Positions 40,377-51,181 of a DNA stretch of 64,000 nucleotides are shown piece by piece. The first letter of the stretch is position 1; every line of letters starts with the position of its first letter. The notes beneath the pieces are model-generated. The model was not told the DNA's origin and made no database searches. It saw nothing but the letters and a program-made list of their open reading frames with translations. A program made the position numbers and the translations under genes. Location of the stretch: contig CBDFFH010000021.1 of assembly GCA_965246715.1 (NCBI GenBank), positions 1 through 64,000 on the forward strand, read 5' to 3'. The DNA is from Chamaesiphon sp. (GTDB lineage Bacteria > Cyanobacteriota > Cyanobacteriia > Cyanobacteriales > Chamaesiphonaceae).

Positions 40377-41351
40377 TTATTCATTAAACACACCCATCTG
40401 GCGGAATTTATCATATCGTAGCGATCTTAGTTCCGTTGGCTTGAGTAGTTGCAAGGCTTGAATATTCTTCAAAATTGCTTCCTTCAACACATCTGCTGCC
40501 TTAACGGGATCGGCATGGGCGGCACCGAGTGGTTCGGGCAATATTTGGTCGAGAATGCCGAGATTTTTTAAATCCTTAGCAGTAATTTTTAATACTTCTG
40601 CGGCTTGAGGAGCCTTACCGGCATCTTTCCACAGAATCGAAGCGCAAGCTTCGGGACTAGCAACATAATAAACTGCGTGCTCGAACATCATCAACCTGTC
40701 ACCTACACCAATCCCTAATGCACCACCAGATCCACCTTCGCCGATAACCGTACAAATAATCGGCACATCGAGTCGAAACATCTCGCGCAGATTATATGCG
40801 ATCGCTTCACCCTGACCTAATTCTTCTGCTTCTAGTCCCGCCCAAGCCCCCGGCGTATCGATAAATGTAATAATTGGCATTCCAAAACGATTGGCGTGTT
40901 CCATCAACCGCATTGCCTTGCGATACCCGCCTGGAGCAGCCATGCCAAAATTGCGGGCGACGTTATCTTTAGTATCCCGCCCTTTTTGATGCCCCAGCAA
41001 TACTACTGGAATTCCAGCTAATTTACCCACACCACCAACTAGAGCCGGATCGTCTTTGCCGCGTCTGTCCCCATGCAATTCGATCCATTCATCACAGATT
41101 GCCTGAATGTAGTCGAGCGTACTGGGACGACGAGGATGACGGGCAAGTTGGAGCTGTTGCGCTGGGGTGAGAGTGCTAAATATTTCATCACGAAGTTGCA
41201 CGTATTTTGTCTCCAACTGTCCGATCTGACTGGAGATATCGACGCTGCTTTCTTCTGCAAGTTCGCGAATTTTATCAATTCGTTCTTGCAATTCCGCCAA
41301 CGGCTTTTCAAATTCGAGTAAAAAGGGCTTTTTTTCCGTGGGAGCAGGCAT
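40377..41351 (-). CDS. accA: Acetyl-CoA carboxylase carboxyltransferase alpha subunit
   Basis: [30 protein letters not shown] and GEGGSGGAL. Confidence 0.97.
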   Translation of the reverse strand: MPAPTEKKPFLLEFEKPLAELQERIDKIRELAEESSVDISSQIGQLETKYVQLRDEIFSTLTPAQQLQLARHPRRPSTLDYIQAICDEWIELHGDRRGKDDPALVGGVGKLAGIPVVLLGHQKGRDTKDNVARNFGMAAPGGYRKAMRLMEHANRFGMPIITFIDTPGAWAGLEAEELGQGEAIAYNLREMFRLDVPIICTVIGEGGSGGALGIGVGDRLMMFEHAVYYVASPEACASILWKDAGKAPQAAEVLKITAKDLKNLGILDQILPEPLGAAHADPVKAADVLKEAILKNIQALQLLKPTELRSLRYDKFRQMGVFNE

Positions 41352-41407
41352 CTAATAAATTATGAATGATGAATTATAAATTATGAATTCACTCCCCCTC
41401 TCTCGCT

Positions 41408-41548
41408 AAATTCCCATCCTTGGAGCGAAAAGTGCAGTCTTGGGGTTTCCCCAAGTGAAGCACCTTTTCAAGACAGCGATGCGCGCTCGTCGGGTTTCCC
41501 GACGTAAAAAGCGCATCAAGACAGGGGTGCCCGACAGGGCGGGGTGGG
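41408..41548. repeat. Nested small dispersed repeats: a host repeat split by two tandem 51- and 48-bp palindromic inserts
   Basis: Inserts 41426-41476 and 41477-41524 both start with CGA, contain GGGTTTCCC and end in CAAGACAG. Confidence 0.75.
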
Positions 41549-41601
41549 TTCCGAATTAGGGATTCCGGTTTAGAGATGGGTTCCAAAATTAGGGCTAGAT
41601 T

Positions 41602-42633
41602 CTAGCCCCCAACAAAAGACAGCAACGGACGAAAGCCATGCTTGACAGAGGCTTGACCGATTTGATCCATCTTCTCGATCGTAATCTGATTGCGACCCCA
41701 CGAGAAGTTAGTATGCCATTTTTCGAATTCTAAAAGCATCGCCTCGGCAAAACAAGCAAATAGTTGGCGGCCGGGAATATCCATCGCCACGATATTCATG
41801 ATTTTCCAGTCGATGTCGAGCGAATGCTCGACGATGCCACCGTTCATCACGTAAACTCCTGGTGATTGAATTTTTGTTCCCAGATTTTTAGGATAACCGC
41901 CATCGATTAACAGACAAGGTTGTTTGAGTTTGGTGGCATCGATTTCCACCCCTTTGGGCATACTTGCCACCCACACGACGATATCCGCTTGGGGCAATGC
42001 TTCCTCCATCGATAGAATTTTGCCGCGTCCTAGCTCGGATTGGAGCTGTTGAAGCCGCTCTTGATTGCGCGCGACCAAAAGTAAGTCAGTGAGATCTGTG
42101 CGCGCGTCCAGCCAGCGACAGACAGCACTACCGATATCGCCAGTCGCACCGACAACCGCAACAGTAGCTTTGCTCAAGTCGATCCCAAGTTTGGCAGCGC
42201 CATCTTCTACCTGCCGACAAATAATGTAGGCTGTATGCGTATTTCCGGTGGTAAATTTGTCAAAATCTAATTCGATATTCCGCACTTGCTTATTTTGATG
42301 GAGATCGAATTCTTCAAAGATAATCGACGAAAATCCACCTAGCGCGGTAATATTAATGCCTTGCTTTTGAGCGTGAGCCATCGCATTGAGAATCTTGCGG
42401 ATGGCAGCTTTAATTCGCCGCGTCGCCAACATCTCTGGCAAAAAACACGATTCGACATAGTAGCCTTCGATCTGTTGTCCGGTGACACTCGTGACCTTAA
42501 TATGGTCTACTGTCTGTGGTGGGGCACTGCACCAAAAGTCCAGCCCTTGGTCGGCGTATTCGGGAAAGCCTAAGTCTTTTGCGACGGCTTGGGCGTGTTC
42601 TAAACTGGTAAGGTGACCGATAAGACCAAACAT
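41602..42633 (-). CDS. aar: Long-chain acyl-ACP reductase (alkane biosynthesis)
   Basis: [46 protein letters not shown] and FSWGRNQI. Confidence 0.96.
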   Translation of the reverse strand: MFGLIGHLTSLEHAQAVAKDLGFPEYADQGLDFWCSAPPQTVDHIKVTSVTGQQIEGYYVESCFLPEMLATRRIKAAIRKILNAMAHAQKQGINITALGGFSSIIFEEFDLHQNKQVRNIELDFDKFTTGNTHTAYIICRQVEDGAAKLGIDLSKATVAVVGATGDIGSAVCRWLDARTDLTDLLLVARNQERLQQLQSELGRGKILSMEEALPQADIVVWVASMPKGVEIDATKLKQPCLLIDGGYPKNLGTKIQSPGVYVMNGGIVEHSLDIDWKIMNIVAMDIPGRQLFACFAEAMLLEFEKWHTNFSWGRNQITIEKMDQIGQASVKHGFRPLLSFVGG

Positions 42634-42882
42634 GAAGATATTGCCAGTGGTGCCTGTCGAGCAGGGATGGGGGAATGAGATGATAGAAAGACTCGATCGT
42701 TCTCTTTACACAATAGTACAAAATTGGAACGAGGGATCGGTTATTGGTTATTGCCTACACCGATCGGATTATCCTGATAATCTCTAGAATATTACTCGTG
42801 AGAGTATTTTTACAAATTTTCTTGGATTGTCATCCGCTGGATCGATGCTGGCCTTAACCCCTAATTCCTAACCCTTAACTCC

Positions 42883-43776
42883 ATGATTCGGCTGCGTCAG
42901 ATTAATTGGACTCCTTATTCTCCCTATTTGTTTCTCGCGCCTGCATTGTTATTGCTGGGATTGACGGTATTTTTGCCAGCAGTGCAGGCTTTCTATCTGA
43001 GCTTTACCAATTACGATCCGATCGCGGGGACGGCAAATTGGCAAGGATTGACAAATTTCGATCGATTGTTAAAAGATGAAATCTTTTGGCAGACAATTAG
43101 AAATACGGTGGTGTATCTTTGTGGTGTCGTACCAGTGTTGGTATTTGCACCACTATTGCTGGCAATTGCCGTTAACCAGAAATTAACCGGGATGAGCTTC
43201 TTTCGAGCGGCTTATTATGTCCCAGTGATTATTTCGATGGTAGTGGCGGGGATTGCCTGGAAGTTTATCTATGCGGAGAATGGTTTGCTCGATCGGCTTT
43301 TGCAAGTTGTTGGCATTTCCGGATTACCCTGGCTAACGAGTCCGAGCTTGGCATTATTTAGTGTGATGTTGGTGACGATTTGGAAGGGATTGGGTTATTA
43401 CATGACAATTTATTTAGCAGGGTTGCAATCGATTCCGGCCGATCTTTATGAAGCTGCGGCGATCGATGGTTCGGATAGTTTTACCAAACATTGGGATATT
43501 ACGATTCCGTTGATGCGTCCTTATATGTTATTGGTCGCGGTAATTTCGGCGATCGCGGCCACCAAAATATTTGAAGAAGTCTATGTCATGACCCAAGGTG
43601 GGCCGAGAAACAGTTCTAAAACAGTCGTTTATTATCTCTACCAGCAAGGTTTTGGTTCGACCGATCCCGATTTGAGTTATGCTTGTACGATCGGATTGGT
43701 ATTGTTTCTCATCATTTTCATTCTCTCGCTCATCAATCTCAAACTTTCTCAAACCAACGTTAATATTCCTAAGTAG
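42883..43776 (+). CDS. Carbohydrate ABC transporter permease
   Basis: EAA loop (LYEAAAIDG), six transmembrane helices and TQGGP. Confidence 0.92.
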   Translation: MIRLRQINWTPYSPYLFLAPALLLLGLTVFLPAVQAFYLSFTNYDPIAGTANWQGLTNFDRLLKDEIFWQTIRNTVVYLCGVVPVLVFAPLLLAIAVNQKLTGMSFFRAAYYVPVIISMVVAGIAWKFIYAENGLLDRLLQVVGISGLPWLTSPSLALFSVMLVTIWKGLGYYMTIYLAGLQSIPADLYEAAAIDGSDSFTKHWDITIPLMRPYMLLVAVISAIAATKIFEEVYVMTQGGPRNSSKTVVYYLYQQGFGSTDPDLSYACTIGLVLFLIIFILSLINLKLSQTNVNIPK

Positions 43777-43804
43777 CTCTTTGTAATTCTCCGATTTAAA
43801 AGCA

Positions 43805-44482
43805 ATGGCAACTGTTGTCGATGTCCGTGAATGTGCTCTTTATGATTGTGGAATCATCGATTATCAAACTGCTTGGATCTGGCAAAAATCTCTGCAACAA
43901 GCCCGAATTGACGACCCGAGTATCGCCGATGCATTAGTCATCCTCGAACATCCACCTGTTTATACGCTCGGTACTGGAGCTAGTTTGGAATTTCTCAAAT
44001 TCGACCATCAACAAGCTGAATATGAATTATATCGCGTCGAACGTGGTGGCGAAGTAACCTATCATTGTCCCGGTCAAATTATCGGTTATCCAATTCTCAA
44101 TCTACGTTATTACCGCCAAGACTTACACTGGTATTTACGCCAACTAGAAGAGGTAATTATTCGAGTTTTAGCGTTAAATAACTTAACCGGAAACCGCATC
44201 GATGGCTTAACTGGTGTATGGGTAGACGGTCGCAAAATTGCAGCGATCGGGATTAAAGTTACTAAGTGGGTGAGTATGCATGGTTTTGCACTTAATGTAA
44301 ATCCAGATCTGAGTGGATTCGAGCGGATCGTGCCCTGTGGTATCCGAGATCGAGCTGTTACGAGTATGGCTGAGTTTATTCCAAATATCCACACAGATCT
44401 AGTACGATCGCAGATCGCTCTAGCATTTGCTGAAGTATTTCAGGTAAACCTAACACGGGTCGATGAAAAGATCGCTAGTTAA
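43805..44482 (+). CDS. lipB: Lipoyl(octanoyl) transferase
   Basis: [34 protein letters not shown] and IVPCG. Confidence 0.96.
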   Translation: MATVVDVRECALYDCGIIDYQTAWIWQKSLQQARIDDPSIADALVILEHPPVYTLGTGASLEFLKFDHQQAEYELYRVERGGEVTYHCPGQIIGYPILNLRYYRQDLHWYLRQLEEVIIRVLALNNLTGNRIDGLTGVWVDGRKIAAIGIKVTKWVSMHGFALNVNPDLSGFERIVPCGIRDRAVTSMAEFIPNIHTDLVRSQIALAFAEVFQVNLTRVDEKIAS

Positions 44483-44550
44483 AATTGTATTCTAGCTTTT
44501 TCGATTATCCCTGCGACCACTAAACGAGCGAGCGAGCGTACTAAATGATT

Positions 44551-44682
44551 AACCTAAGTTCGGGAGAAGAGGAGCCTGGAGACTGAATATCTTAGTCCGC
44601 GAAGGCGGACTTCGGACTACTAGCACCGATTTCAATCGAGTGCGGTACTTGAACGAAGTAAATATCCTTAACCCGTTGACGT
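44551..44682. mobile_element. Degenerate MITE-like element with IS982-type ends and an internal AGTCCGC...GCGGACT hairpin
   Basis: AACCTAAGTTCGGGAGAAG at the left and CTTAACCCGTTGACGT at the right resemble the 25685/26670 ends; the interior resembles the core of the 3098-3257 MITE. Confidence 0.5.
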
Positions 44683-44701
44683 AAGGAGAAACTCACGTTA
44701 A

Positions 44702-45412
44702 CTAGACAATACTTGCTTCTAAAGCGACGACATCAGGAATCAAGAGAATATCGTGGTTGCGAGCGATCAGTCCTGATGCTTCCATTTTGGTAAGCACCCG
44801 CGTTACGGTTTCTCTTGCCAAGCCGCTCATACTACTAAGTTCGCGGTGAGGAAGGTTGGGAATCTCAACACCTTTACCCACAGTTTTTCCCTGTCCTTCT
44901 ACCAAAAATAATAAGGTATCGGCAACGCGCGAAGCACTATTTGATTCGCGTAATCGTAAGCGACGATTGACTTGGCGTAGTCGGCGCGCCATCAGTTGTG
45001 CGAGGCGCATTCCAGCTAGTGGCTCGACTTTGAGTAGCCGGACGAAATCTTCAGCGGGAATATTCACAATCGTCGCAGGTGTCAAACTCAGGACATCCGT
45101 AGAACGTGGCGCTTGTTCTAATGCTGCCATCTCACCGACGATCTCACCTCTCCCGACGATATTTAGGGTGATTTCTCGTCCTTCAGCATTATAAGTCCGA
45201 ATTTTGAGCCAGCCACTGAGGACAAAATAGACCGAACCGCCCCAATCGTTTTCTAGTAAGATCGTCTGATTGGCAGGGTGATTGCGAATTGCCGCATGGA
45301 CGAGTGCTGGAGCGACAGCAGATTCTGGTAATTCACTCAGAAAAGGTACTGAAGCCATTGCTTCTCGGACAGATAAATTTTGGGTTTGAACGTTGCTGTG
45401 TCTATTTTCCAT
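44702..45412 (-). CDS. Crp/Fnr family transcriptional regulator (not NtcA)
   Basis: cNMP-binding domain (GEMA...PRS) and HTH GLARETVTRVL. Confidence 0.9.
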   Translation of the reverse strand: MENRHSNVQTQNLSVREAMASVPFLSELPESAVAPALVHAAIRNHPANQTILLENDWGGSVYFVLSGWLKIRTYNAEGREITLNIVGRGEIVGEMAALEQAPRSTDVLSLTPATIVNIPAEDFVRLLKVEPLAGMRLAQLMARRLRQVNRRLRLRESNSASRVADTLLFLVEGQGKTVGKGVEIPNLPHRELSSMSGLARETVTRVLTKMEASGLIARNHDILLIPDVVALEASIV

Positions 45413-45805
45413 GCTATCGACTCAATACTCTAAAGGTGAATAAGCTAGTCAGTGCGGCGATCTTCATCCGCAACCGTTGGCGTTCGTGTTTGTGATGCGT
45501 TGCGTTTCTTCGTAGCATTCGCTTTGCCTGTGGCAGCACGGCACGAAAATTATCGTTCCTTGCGATCGCATAGATGTTGTCGCTAAACTCGCTTATGGGT
45601 ATCGATCGTGTCATCTACTAAAAGAGTGTTAGTCCGCTAACGTATCCTTCATCTGTCGATCGATAGCTGTAGTTTCAGTCAATGATGACTTAATTATTAT
45701 GCCCGCAAATAGCCGATTCCCACCACTTGAGATTGTGAATTTACCTAACTAACCACACTTTCGCAACCGCTCGTTTTACCGTCTTTAGCTCGCGCTCTGA
45801 AAAAT

Positions 45806-46330
45806 ATGAACTTACCCAATTGGATTACACTTTCGCGCCTACTCGGATTACCGATCGTGGTTTATTGCATGTATGGCGATAGCACAAACGAGCGCTGGAT
45901 TGGTTTCGGAGTTTTTTTAGTTGCTGCTGCGACCGATTGGTTGGATGGCTATCTCGCACGCAAGTTAGATCTGGTTACCGATCTCGGCAAATTTCTCGAT
46001 CCGTTAGTAGATAAGTTACTCGTGCTAATCCCACTACTAGTCGCGATCGATCTGCATCTAGTTCCGGCTGTGGGTGTATGTTTGATTCTAACTCGCGAAC
46101 TGACGATTGCAGGTTGGCGCGTCGGCAAATCGCAAATTAGCGGGGCAAATATCTGGGGTAAGCTGAAAACGATCGGTCAAATCGTCGCAATTGCCATCCT
46201 AATCGCGCCATTATCGCTAGCAAATTGGCATCAATATGGCTTAATCGCTTTTTGGATCGCTGTCGCGCTGACCCTAATATCTGGTTTAATTTATCTACTC
46301 CCTACGCGCACAGAGTCTGTCAATCATTAA
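45806..46330 (+). CDS. pgsA: CDP-diacylglycerol--glycerol-3-phosphate 3-phosphatidyltransferase
   Basis: MNLPNWIT.SR and TDWLDGYLARK...T.LGKFLDPL.DK. Confidence 0.95.
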   Translation: MNLPNWITLSRLLGLPIVVYCMYGDSTNERWIGFGVFLVAAATDWLDGYLARKLDLVTDLGKFLDPLVDKLLVLIPLLVAIDLHLVPAVGVCLILTRELTIAGWRVGKSQISGANIWGKLKTIGQIVAIAILIAPLSLANWHQYGLIAFWIAVALTLISGLIYLLPTRTESVNH

Positions 46331-46563
46331 TCGCTCGTTGTCGGCACAACGCCCGATTTTTTACGTGACTAAAATAAATTCAGTCAATTTGCTAGTCGTG
46401 AAATACTATATCGATCTAATCTTTTTTGACAGCAACGACAACCGCTAATTCACTGAAAAATCCATTTGACACATTACTATATATTACGAGATATCAACCT
46501 AACTCAAAGTTGCCAATGATAATAATAATGTCTTTAGTTCTATTTTTAAAAATGTAGCTGAGC

Positions 46564-47367
46564 ATGAATTTAACAAAGCGTTGTATTGCAGAATTTTTTG
46601 GAACATTTTGGCTAGTTGTCGGTGGCTGTGGCAGTGCGGTACTTGCAGCAGCTTATTCGGAGATTAATACTCAAGGAAGCTCGAATACTCAAGCAGCCGC
46701 CACCGCTTCTTTAGGAATCGGTACTCTAGGCGTATCGATCGCGTTCGGTTTGACTGTATTGACAATGGCATACGCGATCGGACATATCTCAGGTTGTCAC
46801 CTCAATCCGGCCGTCTCCTTCGGTTTATGGGCTGGTAAAAGATTTCCAGCATCAGATTTACTGCCTTATGTTCTCGCACAAGTCGGGGGTGCGATCCTGG
46901 CGGCACTGTTAATCTACCTAGTGGCGACGGGCAAGACTGGATACGCATTAACTGGCAGTGGCCCGCTAGCGACAAATGGGTTTGGCGACCACTCACCCCA
47001 ACGCTATAGCTTATTTGCCTGCTTCCTCACTGAAGTCGTGATGACATTTATGTTCCTCATGGTTATCTTAGGTGCTACCGATCGTAGAGCACCTCAAGGT
47101 TTTGCACCAATCGCCATCGGTTTGATGCTAACACTGATTCATCTAATAAGTATTCCGGTTACCAATACCTCGGTCAATCCGGCTAGGAGTACTGGCCCTG
47201 CCTTAATCGTTGGATTATTTGGTAGAACCGAATTATTCGGTCAGGTGTGGCTATTTTGGGTAGCGCCAATTCTCGGTGCGATCGCGGCAGGATTTTTCTA
47301 CAACACGATCTTTGAAGCTGCTCCAGCCGATCTCAAGGCTGAATGCGAACTCAGCGGTAACTTGTAA
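46564..47367 (+). CDS. aqpZ: Aquaporin Z
   Basis: Two NPA motifs (HLNPAVS and SVNPARS). Confidence 0.96.
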   Translation: MNLTKRCIAEFFGTFWLVVGGCGSAVLAAAYSEINTQGSSNTQAAATASLGIGTLGVSIAFGLTVLTMAYAIGHISGCHLNPAVSFGLWAGKRFPASDLLPYVLAQVGGAILAALLIYLVATGKTGYALTGSGPLATNGFGDHSPQRYSLFACFLTEVVMTFMFLMVILGATDRRAPQGFAPIAIGLMLTLIHLISIPVTNTSVNPARSTGPALIVGLFGRTELFGQVWLFWVAPILGAIAAGFFYNTIFEAAPADLKAECELSGNL

Positions 47368-47411
47368 GTCCTAATTTTTTCACACTGGTAAATTAGGTGG
47401 CTGAGTAAACT

Positions 47412-50147
47412 TTACTCAGCCATTTTTATTGCATGGTGACAGACAAATACTTCCGCCGCCGCTCGATCGACGATTTTTCCATCTAAAGTCGCGATCGTTA
47501 GTGCGTCCAATATTTGGCGGTATTGCGGCCCCGGCTTGTAGCCCAATTGACGCAGGTCGTCACCTGTTAATGGCGGTTGAATGTTCGTCCAAACAGTCAA
47601 ATATCGCCAAACTTGGCGGCGAACGATCGAATTGTGGCGACAGCGTACGGCAATTAAAATTAGGGTCGCTCGATCGTACTGTTTTAGCAAGCCAACTACT
47701 TGACTGGGACGCTCGAATGTAGGCACTAGTTCGATTACCGACGACTCAGCAGCAGCTAAATTTTGTAGCCTTGTAATACTGTCGGCTGGAAGTTGGAGAT
47801 TTTTGGCTACTTGTGGGCGATATGCTGGTGCTAGTGCAGCCAAGAGCGCTTCCAACCGCAGTTGCCAGTGGACGATGTGCTGGTGAGGATCGAATCTACG
47901 CAAACACCGTTCTAGCAAGCGTAATTGCTGCAATAAGTCTCGATCTAGTTTGAGCGTGGCATGAATACATTGCAACGCACCTAAATTATCGAGCAACTCT
48001 AGAGCTGGTTGCCAATAGGCAGCTTGGAGCAAGTGTTTTAATTCGGTTTTGAGCCGAGTTTGGAGTGCGGGGGTTTTCTGATTTTCTTGGACGGTTCGAT
48101 CGTAAACGCCACTAGTTATCGCATACCGAATATATGCTTCGGTTTGCAGCTCGAGCTGAAAGCCCAACCTTATTGCAAATCGCACGCCGCGATAAATGCG
48201 GGTCGGATCTTCAATAAAACTATTGGGATGCAAAACGCGAATCTGTTTGGTTTGTAAATCTTCTAAGCCGCCAAAAAAATCGAGAAGTGTCGCTGAGTTA
48301 TTCCCTATCATGGATCGATCTGGTGTCAACCTCAGCGCCAGCGCATTGATCGTAAAATCTCGACGATACAAGTCTTGGCGAATCGAACTCGATTCCACTT
48401 CGGGATTTGCGGCTGGGTAAGGATAAAATTCAGTTCTTGCGGTGGCAATATCGACCCACAACGAGTCAAATTCCGGATCTTTGTGCCAGAGCAATGCCGC
48501 CGTTTGAAATGCCCCATGGACATCTAATCTTGCGGCTGGGTAAAGTTGTTGGAGCGCAGTTGCCAGTTCCACCCCTGCCCCAACATCTGCAGCTCGATCG
48601 AAACCATCGACTACCAAATCGATATCTTTAATTAATAAATTATCCCGATCCGCTGCTAATAATAAATCCCGCACGGCACCGCCCACTAAATAGAGCTGCC
48701 AACCACGCTGTGCGGCAGCTCGTGCGGCTTGCCGTAGTAGCGACCACAATTTTGGTGCGAGTTTGGCTTCTAGTTGTTGCAGATTCAAATTACTCACAGC
48801 TGCACTTGATTGCGGAGGATTGCCCGGCGCTGTACTTTGGCTGCGCTGCTGATGTAATTCTCGCAACACATCCGTGCGCGTCACGATGCCGACTAATCGA
48901 TCTTCTGCTAATACTGGCAACCTGCCAAGATCGTAAGTTACCATTGTCGCCTCAATTTGGGACAGTGGGGTATCAGGGGTAATTGTTTTCACACTAGTTG
49001 TCATATAACCTGTAACAGGTGCATGACTGAAACCATGATGCAAGGCAATGTCTAAATCTCGACGTGAAATGATGCCGATTAAATTGTCTCGTTCGTCGAC
49101 GACCGGTAAACCGGAGTGACCATAACGTAATAGAATCCGTTGTGCATCGGCAATCGTAATGTTCGGGCGAATCGTGCGGATGGGGGTAGACATCACATCC
49201 CGAGCGCTCAGCGGCTGGGGCAGGGCAGTTTGGATCCGCTCTAGCAATTGGCGGAGAATCTCGCCCGAGTCTACTCCACGCATATTTACAGATGCGGCTC
49301 GTGCATGACCGCCACCACCTAATGGCTGGAATAAGTCATGGAGATCGACACTAGGAATTTGCGATCGACCCACGATTGTCAATCTAAGTTCGCCTTCACT
49401 CGTGGGATATTCATGAAATAACAATAAAGCATCGATCTCCATGAGCGATCGAATCTGTGTCGCCAAACTCGATAAACCCGGTACGAATCGATCGGTTTTT
49501 AGCTTTACCCAAGCAATGGTCTCGCCGCGAATAGATACAGACTCAATGGCTGCTAGTGCCGTCTGCAACAACTGCTGTAACTGGGGCGATAATCCTGGAG
49601 CGATATAATCACTAATAACTGATAAATTGGCACCTTGCTGCATCAGCCATCCTAGTGCGAGCGCATCCCGCGCGGTGCTCATTTCAAAAGTTAACGAGCC
49701 AGTATCGACATGGATACCCAAAGCCATCACAGTTGCTTCAGCAGTGGTTAGAACGATCTGTGCCTGTTGTAATTTCTCGACGATGATGGTCGTGCTAGCG
49801 CCGACAGGTTCGATCGATACCTGTGTTGCGGGAATATCCGTGGTTTGGTGATGGTGGTCGTAAACGACAATTGCCGCTAAATCGGCTAAATCCAACCATT
49901 CCGCCGCCTTTCCCAATCGATCGCGCTGTTGGGTATCAACGATGTGCAGCGATCGAATTTGAGCTGGATTTACCGCCCGTCGTTCGATCGTGCGATACTC
50001 ATCCCGATAAAGAGCCAAGAAATCCTGAACCGTTGGGTGTGCGCCACCAGGCAAGACGATTTTGCTCCCTGGTAACAGCAGTGTTAGTCCTACTGCCGCT
50101 CCAAGTGTGTCAAAATCTGCTGTAGTGTGGCACAGAATTAAATCCAT
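47412..50147 (-). CDS. DHH-CBS-poly(A)polymerase-family tRNA nucleotidyltransferase (probably the A-adding enzyme)
   Basis: HTTADFD, YDHH, GGGGH, a CBS pair, VGGAVRD..DID, RRDFTINAL and EDPTRI.R. Confidence 0.9.
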   Translation of the reverse strand: MDLILCHTTADFDTLGAAVGLTLLLPGSKIVLPGGAHPTVQDFLALYRDEYRTIERRAVNPAQIRSLHIVDTQQRDRLGKAAEWLDLADLAAIVVYDHHHQTTDIPATQVSIEPVGASTTIIVEKLQQAQIVLTTAEATVMALGIHVDTGSLTFEMSTARDALALGWLMQQGANLSVISDYIAPGLSPQLQQLLQTALAAIESVSIRGETIAWVKLKTDRFVPGLSSLATQIRSLMEIDALLLFHEYPTSEGELRLTIVGRSQIPSVDLHDLFQPLGGGGHARAASVNMRGVDSGEILRQLLERIQTALPQPLSARDVMSTPIRTIRPNITIADAQRILLRYGHSGLPVVDERDNLIGIISRRDLDIALHHGFSHAPVTGYMTTSVKTITPDTPLSQIEATMVTYDLGRLPVLAEDRLVGIVTRTDVLRELHQQRSQSTAPGNPPQSSAAVSNLNLQQLEAKLAPKLWSLLRQAARAAAQRGWQLYLVGGAVRDLLLAADRDNLLIKDIDLVVDGFDRAADVGAGVELATALQQLYPAARLDVHGAFQTAALLWHKDPEFDSLWVDIATARTEFYPYPAANPEVESSSIRQDLYRRDFTINALALRLTPDRSMIGNNSATLLDFFGGLEDLQTKQIRVLHPNSFIEDPTRIYRGVRFAIRLGFQLELQTEAYIRYAITSGVYDRTVQENQKTPALQTRLKTELKHLLQAAYWQPALELLDNLGALQCIHATLKLDRDLLQQLRLLERCLRRFDPHQHIVHWQLRLEALLAALAPAYRPQVAKNLQLPADSITRLQNLAAAESSVIELVPTFERPSQVVGLLKQYDRATLILIAVRCRHNSIVRRQVWRYLTVWTNIQPPLTGDDLRQLGYKPGPQYRQILDALTIATLDGKIVDRAAAEVFVCHHAIKMAE

Positions 50148-50189
50148 CATCGCTCGCCCAGGTAAATCGAGCGCCGTCTCAGTCAATAG

Positions 50190-50330
50190 CTAACGACTGG
50201 TGCGTTTGTCTAGATCGCGGCGTTGTCGATCGCGCCAACCAGATACAGTTAGATAGATTACCCCCAAGGTGACAATGATGAGTAAGCCAAATGCAGTACC
50301 GCCCAAAATTCGAATCAGTGAAGTGTCCAT
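50190..50330 (-). CDS. Small single-transmembrane protein, 46 aa (not in the ORF track)
   Basis: MDTSLIRILGGTAFGLLIIVTLGVIYLTVSGWRDRQRRDLDKRTSR*: a transmembrane helix followed by a WRDR basic tail. Confidence 0.7.
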   Translation of the reverse strand: MDTSLIRILGGTAFGLLIIVTLGVIYLTVSGWRDRQRRDLDKRTSR

Positions 50331-50498
50331 CGATCGCTAAAAAGATTATCTAGTTAATTGTACCAAATCCGATTTGGCCTTTCCTACAAAATCTCTCACC
50401 ATCACTGGCAGGCGCTCGCGGAATAAGGTGACATCACCTTTATGGAAATGAGTAAATCTTCAATGTAGTTATTATTACTCAACGAGCGAATCAAACAG

Positions 50499-50927
50499 AT
50501 GAAAAATATTCGGAACATGTTAATGGGCTTAGCCATATTGCCGCTAACTATTGGCTATTGTGGGGGGGATGCGCAAGCTTCTCAAGTTGCCAGTCAGTGG
50601 TATTTTGGTAAGTGGAATTGCTCGATCGATGGTAGACCTGCAAAAATGCAGTGGCTGGTAGTAGATGATTCCCAAACTTCTTGTAGTGGTGAGGTTTGCA
50701 GCAGTTCGTCTGGTGTTAAGGTAGTCGGCAGATTTAGCGATAATGGCAGTGCATGGGTGCCTCTATCCAAACGTTATTTGCAGGGTAATGAGTTTGGGAT
50801 GCGTTATCTAGGCAAAGAACAAGATAATTGGATGTTGCGTTACAATCCTAAATCTAAAGTTGCTGATGGTTGGACGACATGGAGAGGTAATCGTTATCCG
50901 TTACAATGTACTCTCCAAAGTAAATGA
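50499..50927 (+). CDS. Secreted Cys/Trp-rich beta protein (DUF6006-like)
   Basis: Signal peptide; W.C.IDGRPA.M.W and GWTTWRG..YPL.C. Confidence 0.7.
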   Translation: MKNIRNMLMGLAILPLTIGYCGGDAQASQVASQWYFGKWNCSIDGRPAKMQWLVVDDSQTSCSGEVCSSSSGVKVVGRFSDNGSAWVPLSKRYLQGNEFGMRYLGKEQDNWMLRYNPKSKVADGWTTWRGNRYPLQCTLQSK

Positions 50928-51181
50928 CGATCGAATGAATCAATCTTAGATAAATTCAGAACCACTTTGGTTGTTGTTGGCAAATGACGAGCGATGATTT
51001 TTTGGATGGATTCCCAACCTTGAATAAAGATCGAGCGCGTGTATTTGCTAGAGACTACACAGACAGGGGTATTTTAGATCGGGTTGAGATATGCCGATCG
51101 AGCGTAGTCCTCCATCCTCCCTTACACTAGAAAAAGTAGATTAAAATAGATCTCTCGATCGATTACTGTTAATTTCTCCTT

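Noticed and set aside
41389..41586. 65-aa minus-strand ORF between aar and accA
   Set aside because: Composed of nested dispersed repeats and has no protein-like features.
45414..45614. 66-aa ORF upstream of the Crp regulator
   Set aside because: No recognisable motif or RBS; cannot be supported from the sequence alone.
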